DNA of 64,000 nucleotides from an uncultured Chitinophagaceae bacterium. GTDB taxonomy: Bacteria > Bacteroidota > Bacteroidia > Chitinophagales > CAIOSU01. How positions within the stretch are numbered: position 1 is the first letter of the stretch; each line of letters opens with the position of its first letter. Below the pieces are notes generated by a model. The model had not been told where the DNA came from. It worked only from the letters and a program-made list of their open reading frames with translations, and ran no database searches. The translations under genes and the position numbers were made by a program. The stretch is from contig CAZFFP010000009.1 of NCBI GenBank assembly GCA_964518215.1, positions 138-64,137 of the forward strand, written 5' to 3'. Below, in pieces: positions 57,500-64,000 of this stretch.

Positions 57500-58275
57500 C
57501 AGAGGATGCGTTTGATAAACTTCAGTTTGTGCGAATATTTTTTCGTATCGGAATTAAAGATACCGAAATGGTCGAGCATATCCACACGCACTTTGCCCGA
57601 TGCGTGAATGATTCGGTTATCTTTTAGCAAAATGCCTACATGACTTATTTTCCCGTTTTCGTTTTCGAAAAACGCCAGGTCGCCTTCTTTAGCCAATTCA
57701 ATAAAATCAATCATGGCGCCTTGCTCGGCTTGCTGATAAGCATCGCGTTTCAACGATACGCCTAATACTTTGAATACTATTTGTGTAAAGCCCGAACAGT
57801 CAATTCCTAAAGGACTTCTGCCGCCCCACAAGTAAGGCACGTTGAGATATTTTAAAGCGCATTTTTCTACCACTTTTTCAAAACTCAACGGATGGTCGGG
57901 GAAAACCGCCTGCCCGTAAAACACATACTTTTCATTATCGAGTTTAAACTGCATGCCATCATATTCGGGCAAAGTGCTGCCCATCACCAACAAAGTTTGC
58001 TTGCTGCCCGAGGTGGCATTCTGCACCATATCGAGCGCCACCGGATGCCGCTGATTGTTTACTTTATGAAAGTATCTTTCATGAATGGAATGGTGTTGAT
58101 TTTCAGAAATCCAACCTTCGTAGTTGTCGTAAGCGGTTTTGATTTTATACCACTTACTTTTTTTAATTAAAATGCTGTAGGTTTCGCCAAAAAGCAATTG
58201 CGACACCATTTCCGCCCGGTCGGAAGGTTCTGCCCTGATGGGCGCTACACTGAGTTGGCAAATACCGAATTCCAT
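57499..58275 (-). CDS. C40 family (NlpC/P60) peptidase with N-terminal SH3b-like domain
   Basis: 258 aa. The catalytic Cys lies in GIDCSGF and the His in ISHVGI. Its stop overlaps the nnr ATG by 1 nt. Confidence 0.82.
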   Translation of the reverse strand: MEFGICQLSVAPIRAEPSDRAEMVSQLLFGETYSILIKKSKWYKIKTAYDNYEGWISENQHHSIHERYFHKVNNQRHPVALDMVQNATSGSKQTLLVMGSTLPEYDGMQFKLDNEKYVFYGQAVFPDHPLSFEKVVEKCALKYLNVPYLWGGRSPLGIDCSGFTQIVFKVLGVSLKRDAYQQAEQGAMIDFIELAKEGDLAFFENENGKISHVGILLKDNRIIHASGKVRVDMLDHFGIFNSDTKKYSHKLKFIKRIL

Positions 58276-58544
58276 ATTGAACTGTAAAAATATGTTTGCT
58301 GTGTGGGAATATCATGAGTAATAATCCACAAAATATTGTGAAGGAGTAAGATTGTGCTTTTCAAGAATCAAATTTTTATTCAGCGCACTTATTATTCTAA
58401 ATTGATATTTTTTGAGAGTATTAAAATTTCAAAGCGTATTAATTTTTTAAAAAGCCATTTTTGAGATGTTTATTTCAGTTATCATTGTAATTTATAGGCA
58501 ATTGCATATTGTAGTAATTTCGCCTTTTCAAATCAAAAATTAAA

Positions 58545-59408
58545 ATGTCAGAAACCATCATCAAAATTGCCATTCAGAAGTCGGGGCGGCTGAGCGAACA
58601 ATCGTTGGAATTAGTGAAAGAGTGCGGCATTCACTTCAGCAATGCTGTAGGTAAACTCACTACCCGTTCGAGTAATCATCCGATGGAATTTCTTTTTCTG
58701 CGCGATGATGATATACCCGGCTATGTAACCGATGGTGTGGCGGATATTGGTATTGTGGGGCAAAATGTTTTGTTAGAAAAGCAAGCCGATGTGAAGGTGT
58801 CTCAAACACTTGGTTTCGGGAAATGCCGTCTTTCTTTAGCCGTTCCGAAAACTATGGAATACGATTCGTTGCAACATCTTCAGGATAAAAAAATCGCTAC
58901 CTCATATCCCAATATTCTCTCAAAATTTTTGAAAGAAAAAAACATTGATGCGCATATACATCAAATCAGCGGCTCGGTAGAAATTGCTCCGGGTATTGGA
59001 CTGGCAGATGCTATTTGCGATTTGGTGAGTTCGGGCAGCACGCTGCTTTCCAACGGATTGAAAGAAGTGGAAACAGTCATGCGCTCTGAAGCGGTTTTGA
59101 TTTCTAACGCTCAGCTTTCGGCAGACAAACAGCATTTGTTAGACGAGTTGGTTTTCAGAATCAAATCGGTGCGTGCCGCTAAAGACAACAAATATATTTT
59201 GCTGAATGCGCCCAATACTTCCATCGAAAAAATTATTGACATACTTCCCGGAATTAAAAGCCCTACCATAGTGCCTTTGGCTGAAAGCGGCTGGAGTTCC
59301 ATTCATTCGGTGGTGAATGAAAATGAATTCTGGCAAATAATTGACCAACTGAAACAAGCCGGAGCGCAAGGCATATTAGTTATTCCGATTGAAAAAATGG
59401 TGGTGTGA
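58545..59408 (+). CDS. hisG: ATP phosphoribosyltransferase (long form)
   Basis: 287 aa. Contains ..KIAIQKSGRL.., ..DIGIVGQNVL.., ..LVSSGSTL and a C-terminal regulatory domain. Confidence 0.9.
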   Translation: MSETIIKIAIQKSGRLSEQSLELVKECGIHFSNAVGKLTTRSSNHPMEFLFLRDDDIPGYVTDGVADIGIVGQNVLLEKQADVKVSQTLGFGKCRLSLAVPKTMEYDSLQHLQDKKIATSYPNILSKFLKEKNIDAHIHQISGSVEIAPGIGLADAICDLVSSGSTLLSNGLKEVETVMRSEAVLISNAQLSADKQHLLDELVFRIKSVRAAKDNKYILLNAPNTSIEKIIDILPGIKSPTIVPLAESGWSSIHSVVNENEFWQIIDQLKQAGAQGILVIPIEKMVV

Positions 59409-59433
59409 TTTTTCTGCAATTGAACAAAGAGTT

Positions 59434-60717
59434 ATGAAATACTACGACAACCCTTCACGAATGCAATGGAATAAATTGGTGCAGCGCCCCTATTTCAATG
59501 CAGATAAATTAGACAAGCAGGTAAAAAAAATTCTGAATGCTATTAAGATTGAAGGCGAAGATGCCGTGAAGCGTTTCAATGTGGAATTCGACAAAGCCGA
59601 ATACACCGATTTGAAAGTGCCGTTGCACGATATTGTTGCTGCCGAAAATGAATTGAGCGATGAACTGAAAACAGCTATTCGCACTGCCTATCACAACATC
59701 TGGAAATTTCACGAAGCGCAAAAGCAAGAAGACCTTTCTATGGAAACCATGCCGGGCGTTACCTGTATGCGCAAGAGCGTTCCTGTAGAATCGGTGGGTT
59801 TGTATGTGCCGGGCGGAACAGCGCCATTGTTTTCTACTTTATTAATGTTGGGTATTCCTGCGAAAATTGCCGGATGCCGCAATATTGTAGTTTGCACGCC
59901 CGCTGCGCCCAACGGAAAAGTGCATCCTGCAATTTTATTCGTAGCGGGTTTGTTGAAAATCGAATATCTCTTTCGCATTGGTGGCGCACAAGCCATTGGC
60001 GCTATGGCTTTCGGAACAGAATCGGTTCCGCAGTGTCAGAAAATTTTCGGTCCCGGAAATCAGTATGTTACCACTGCCAAGATGCTCGTGAGCCGTCAGG
60101 GAGTTTCTATTGATATGCCTGCCGGACCTTCGGAAGTTTTAGTTTGGGCAGATTCCTACAGCAATCCCGAATATGTTGCGGCAGATTTATTGTCGCAGGC
60201 AGAACATGGAGTTGATAGCCAAGTGGTTTTGGTTTCGCAATCGAAAGAATTAATTCCTAAGGTGAAAAAGCAATTGAAAGCACAATTGTCACAACTGCCA
60301 CGCAAAGAAATAGCTGAAAAATGTTTGAGAAAAAGTATGGCTTTGTATTTCGACAATCAGAACGATACCATTGATTTTATCAACTACTATGCAGCCGAAC
60401 ATTTGATTGTGGCATTAGACAAGCCCGAACAATATATTCCGCTGATTAAAAATGCAGGCTCGGTTTTTCTGGGGCATTACACGCCAGAATCGGCAGGCGA
60501 TTATGCTTCGGGAACCAATCATACGCTTCCAACGGGAGGCTATGCTGCGAGCAACAGTGGCGTTTCTTTAGACAGCTTCTTCAAAAAAATCACCTACCAA
60601 CACATTACTCCCGAAGGGCTTCAGCTTATAGGTGAAACCATCGAAACAATGGCAGCAGCCGAAGGCCTACATGCACATAAAAATGCGGTGAGTGTGCGCT
60701 TGAAGCGGGATTATTGA
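59434..60717 (+). CDS. hisD: histidinol dehydrogenase
   Basis: The ATG at 59434 gives MKYYDNP... Further motifs are ..GGAQAIGAMAFGTE.., ..DLLSQAEHG.. and ..GDYASGTNHTLPT... Confidence 0.92.
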   Translation: MKYYDNPSRMQWNKLVQRPYFNADKLDKQVKKILNAIKIEGEDAVKRFNVEFDKAEYTDLKVPLHDIVAAENELSDELKTAIRTAYHNIWKFHEAQKQEDLSMETMPGVTCMRKSVPVESVGLYVPGGTAPLFSTLLMLGIPAKIAGCRNIVVCTPAAPNGKVHPAILFVAGLLKIEYLFRIGGAQAIGAMAFGTESVPQCQKIFGPGNQYVTTAKMLVSRQGVSIDMPAGPSEVLVWADSYSNPEYVAADLLSQAEHGVDSQVVLVSQSKELIPKVKKQLKAQLSQLPRKEIAEKCLRKSMALYFDNQNDTIDFINYYAAEHLIVALDKPEQYIPLIKNAGSVFLGHYTPESAGDYASGTNHTLPTGGYAASNSGVSLDSFFKKITYQHITPEGLQLIGETIETMAAAEGLHAHKNAVSVRLKRDY

Positions 60718-60787
60718 ATGCCGCAGCATTCATTATTAATAGTGTTTTTTTTTTGTTATAAGCACAAAATCTTTCAGCACATATTCG

Positions 60788-61141
60788 TTATGTTTCGGGT
60801 TCGATAGGCGAAAGATTTCTCTTCCGAGCGAGCGGAATGTTTTCATCTGATTGCAGTTGTTGCGCTATTTTCAACAGCCACTCACATTTTTTTCCTGAAC
60901 TTCTCAATTCAGCTATTTATGGAAACAGGTCTTCAGCCGTGGCATTTGCCAGTGCGCTCATATCGGGAAATGCATTGAACAAAGCAGGTGCAATGGCATT
61001 GATGTGTCTGTCGGAATCCTGAGCCGACAATATTACCATGACCATCAGTTGATAATTGTTTTGATAATCTAACAGATGCTTTTTCCCTTTATATTTTTTC
61101 AAAAGCGGTTGAATGGTTTCTGATCAAATGATTTCAGACAT
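60788..61141 (-). pseudogene. endonuclease III (Nth)-like gene relic
   Basis: The minus frame reads MSEII-TGA-SETIQPLLKKYKGKKHLLDYQNNYQLMVMVILSAQDSDRHINAIAPALF...EDLFP-TAA-IAELRSSGKKCEWLLKIAQQLQSDENIP..stop. The N-terminal third resembles Nth (compare E. coli ..FELLIAVLLSAQATDVSVN..). The HhH-GPD and Fe-S parts are absent, and at least one in-frame TAA is present at 60917-60919. Confidence 0.6.
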
Positions 61142-61328
61142 ACTGTAAATGTTTTTTTTAAAGATGAAAAACACATCTAAAATGAAATTGATTAGGGCGA
61201 ATTATATAGTATTTGAGTTTCAGAATATGCAATTGCTAAAACGTTGGTAATGATGTAAGTTTGCCGCAAACAATAATTCAAGAAACTATACCTTTTAATC
61301 ATTTTCGATTACCCACCGATACACTCCC

Positions 61329-62372
61329 ATGAACATCCACTCACTCATTCGTCCGCATTTAATCAATATCAAACCCTATTCATCTGCCCGCGATGAATTT
61401 TCGGGCGAGGCACATACTTTTCTCGATGCCAACGAAAACTCTTTGGGTTCGGTAGGAGCGGGGCAGTTCAATCGTTACCCCGACCCGCATCAGCAGGAAT
61501 TGAAATCGAAACTTTCTCAATTAAATGGCATAGCTCCCGAAAATATTTTCATCGGGAACGGCAGCGATGAGCCTATAGATTTGCTCATTCGTTTGTTTTG
61601 CGAACCGGCTCAGGACAATATTATTATATGTCCGCCCACTTATGGCATGTATGCCGTGAGCGCAACTATTAATAATGTAGCGGTTCGGGAAGTTCTGTTA
61701 ACGGAAAATTTTCAGTTGAATACTGAAGCAATTTTATCTGCTTACGATACCAACAGCAAGATTGTTTTTGTATGTTCTCCTAATAATCCAACCGGAAACC
61801 TGATTCATGAAAACGATATTGAACCATTGCTGAAAAATTTCAACGGCATAGTGGTGATAGATGAAGCTTATATAGATTTTGCCGAAGTAGATTCGTGGAG
61901 CAAAAGAATTTCGGAATATAACAATCTGGTAGTGCTGCAAACTTTTTCGAAAGCGTGGGGATTGGCAAATCTTCGGGTGGGTTTATGTTTTGCTTCCTTA
62001 GAAATTATTCGCTTTCTCAACCTCATCAAACCGCCATACAATGTGAATGGCTATTCGCAGCAACAGGCTATGGTTGCGCTGAATAATTTCAGGCAGAAAG
62101 AAGATTATGTGAAAATATTAATTCTGCAAAGGAAAAGATTGGAGCAAGCCTTGCCGGAGTTCGGGTTCATTCATCAGGTTTTTCCTTCCGATGCCAATTT
62201 CATTCTCATAAAAGTAACCGATGCCAATCTTCTCTATAATTATCTGCTGAACGAAGGTATTATCGTTCGCAATCGCTCATCGCTGCCTTTATGCGAAAAC
62301 ACACTCAGAATCACTGTCGGCACCCCTGAAGAAAATGATTTTTTGTTAGAGCGATTGAACGCATTTGTATAA
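61329..62372 (+). CDS. hisC: histidinol-phosphate aminotransferase
   Basis: 347 aa. Contains ..LDANEN.., ..SPNNPTG.. and the PLP lysine motif TFSKAWGLANLRVG. Confidence 0.92.
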   Translation: MNIHSLIRPHLINIKPYSSARDEFSGEAHTFLDANENSLGSVGAGQFNRYPDPHQQELKSKLSQLNGIAPENIFIGNGSDEPIDLLIRLFCEPAQDNIIICPPTYGMYAVSATINNVAVREVLLTENFQLNTEAILSAYDTNSKIVFVCSPNNPTGNLIHENDIEPLLKNFNGIVVIDEAYIDFAEVDSWSKRISEYNNLVVLQTFSKAWGLANLRVGLCFASLEIIRFLNLIKPPYNVNGYSQQQAMVALNNFRQKEDYVKILILQRKRLEQALPEFGFIHQVFPSDANFILIKVTDANLLYNYLLNEGIIVRNRSSLPLCENTLRITVGTPEENDFLLERLNAFV

Positions 62373-62384
62373 TGGAAAGGATGA

Positions 62385-62886
62385 TGGCTGATTTCTGAGG
62401 GCTGAAGGCTGAATTGGATTGCTTCGCTACACTGCGTTCCGCTCGCAAAGACGCGCCCTTCATTCATCGTCATTGCGAGGAAATGAATGGCATGGTGCGG
62501 CAGCTATTTCCGAAGCAATCTTTTAAGGCTAAAGGCAAATAGCTAAAGGCTAATCGCTGAATTAGATTGCTTCACTCCACTGCGTTTCGTTCGCAATGAC
62601 GATTACTCTCGGTTGGTGCTAATAAGCCACAATCAAACGTCATTGCGAGGAATAGCATAGCCTTGAGCGCAGCATGACGAAGCAATCTTCTGAAGGCTAA
62701 TAACTGAAGGCTGAATTAGATTGCTTCACTCCACTTCGTTTCGTTCGCAATGACGGTTACTCTTGGTTGGTGCCAATAATTTACAATCAACCCGTCATTG
62801 CGAGGAATAGCATAGCCTTGAGCACTGCATGACGAAGCAATCTACTGAAGGCTAAAGGCTAAAAGCTAAAGGCTAAAAACTAATCG
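62385..62886. repeat. three tandem ~150-bp nested-palindromic units bracketed by CTGAAGGCTAA-type simple repeats
   Basis: Units start at 62409, 62557 and 62711, giving periods of 148 and 154 bp. Each unit reads CTGAATTAGATTGCTTCACTCCACTGCGTTTCGTTCGCAATGACG-(~36 nt)-CGTCATTGCGAGGAATAGCATAGCCTTGAGCGCAGCATGACGAAGCAATCT. Units 2 and 3 are nearly identical and unit 1 is more diverged. Flanks are (GGCTAAA/CTGAAGG)n. Confidence 0.85.
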
Positions 62887-63034
62887 GCTTAATAAAAAAA
62901 ACCTTTTCATGAACAACCAAACCAAAGAAATTTCTATTTTTATCAGCCATCGCTTTTTAAAAACACAAAAACCTTTAGCTATGATTACGCATCTGTTTAA
63001 ATGCTCGATATTTTCGGCAGTAAAATCAACAACA

Positions 63035-64000
63035 ATGAATACCCTGAAATTTTTACTTGGCGCCATTTGTTTTTTGCAGGCAATCAATGTGTCGGCTCAA
63101 ACCCCTGTTTTGGTAAAAGATATTTGTCCGGGAAGTTGTGGTTCGTCAATTGATATATCTTCTAATGCTCGTTTTTTCTATCCTACGTTTGCAAATGTTA
63201 ATGGCGCTATCTTATTTGTTGCATTCGACAATATTCATGGATTAGAATTGTGGAAAACTGACGGAACGGAATCAGGAACTTCTTTATTAAAAGACATTAA
63301 TCCCGGAACAGATTGGGGATTTTATTTTAACACCTATTTGCCAAATTTCACTTTAATCAATAATAAGCTTTTGTTTATGGCTGAGGATGGCGTTCATGGT
63401 GTTGAATTATGGGTATCGGATGGGACAGAAAACGGAACCCTAATGTTGATTGATGCAAATCCCGGAAGTGGACATGCGAATGTAAGAATTAATAATGTTA
63501 ATGGGAATGCTTTTGCAAATCTTACCACAGCTTCAATACTCCAACATGATATATATAAAACCGATGGAACCATAACCGGTTCCGGATATTTTGACCCCAC
63601 ACAAGACACCATTTTTTATTATAAAGTTGCTATTCTTGCTTCGAACGACAATTCTACTCTTTTTTGTTTACATCGCAATACGACTCTTGATACTATTATG
63701 TTTTTTATCTCAGATGGGGATGGATTTTATAGCGAAATACCTTTTTCTGACTTTAGCCTAAATAAACGCGAAATTAAATTTTGGATGCCGCTGGGAGACA
63801 AGGAGGCGATTTTCAATTATATGGATAATTTTTTGTGGAAAACAGACGGAACCATTGCCGGCACTATTCAATTGAGCGACACCATAGTTAGTTTGGTGAA
63901 CGATATAATTACAAATCCTGCAGGCTATGTCAACTTCAATGGGAAATTATATTTTTCGGGAGCCAACCGGCTAACAGGTCCTCCTCCTAGCATACGAAAT
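63035..64000 (+). CDS. ELWxxDGT-repeat secreted protein, N-terminal part (runs off window end)
   Basis: The frame is open from ATG 63035 to the window edge and is not in the ORF track because it has no stop. It has a signal peptide, MNTLKFLLGAICFLQAINVSAQ, and repeated GLELWKTDGTESGT, GVELWVSDGTENGT, IYKTDGTITGS and FLWKTDGTIAGT motifs. Confidence 0.75.
   Translation, partial: MNTLKFLLGAICFLQAINVSAQTPVLVKDICPGSCGSSIDISSNARFFYPTFANVNGAILFVAFDNIHGLELWKTDGTESGTSLLKDINPGTDWGFYFNTYLPNFTLINNKLLFMAEDGVHGVELWVSDGTENGTLMLIDANPGSGHANVRINNVNGNAFANLTTASILQHDIYKTDGTITGSGYFDPTQDTIFYYKVAILASNDNSTLFCLHRNTTLDTIMFFISDGDGFYSEIPFSDFSLNKREIKFWMPLGDKEAIFNYMDNFLWKTDGTIAGTIQLSDTIVSLVNDIITNPAGYVNFNGKLYFSGANRLTGPPPSIRN

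Noticed and set aside
58276-58544. His-leader peptide or attenuator upstream of hisG. Also a PyrR-binding leader upstream of pyrR (15811-15986) and a glutamine riboswitch upstream of gltB (17477-17776).
   Set aside because: There is no run of His codons, no alternative terminator/antiterminator hairpins, no ARUCCAGAGAGG-like PyrR box, and no glnA-motif core in these regions.
62385-62886. Possible CRISPR array after hisC.
   Set aside because: The repeat period is about 150 bp rather than 60-75 bp. The 'spacers' are conserved between units, the units are internally palindromic on two levels, and no cas genes are in the window.

Overview
The window looks like a chromosomal segment of a Bacteroidota bacterium. 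Four proteins end in T9SS Por_Secre_tail-type C-terminal domains, CcoN and CcoO are fused, start codons sit behind A-rich leaders with no Shine-Dalgarno, and a few TAnnTTTG-like -7 boxes are visible. Content is mostly housekeeping: argS 3' end, a beta-CASP MBL hydrolase, ilvE, yciH, nadC, pyrR-pyrB, gltB-gltD, recG, a complete cbb3 oxidase cluster (ccoS-ccoNO-ccoQ-ccoP-ccoG-fixH-tauE, with ccoI displaced), crtB plus a lycopene-cyclase-domain gene, aroQ, xerD, metG, nnr, a C40 peptidase and hisG-hisD/hisC. Accessory content is a tight glycosylation-type operon (GT-C/TPR membrane protein, NDP-sugar dehydrogenase, three tandem GT-A paralogues), four T9SS cargo genes (one of 2021 aa, one decayed) and the start of an ELWxxDGT-repeat protein. 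I found no rRNA, tRNA, CRISPR, transposase, integrase-borne island or recognisable defence system. The most unusual signal is non-coding. Several families of small nested-palindromic or low-complexity repeats fill nearly every spacer inside the gltBD and cbb3 operons and directly abut downstream start codons. They bracket the giant adhesin gene as an inverted MITE-like pair, form a 3-unit ~150-bp tandem array after hisC, and have entered coding sequence in frame (two heptamer tracts in metG, a palindrome in a T9SS C-terminal domain). There are also three gene relics: a second lycopene-cyclase 3' end, an nth-like pseudogene splitting the his genes, and a P-loop stub. All functional calls rest on hand motif recognition and no database search was run.
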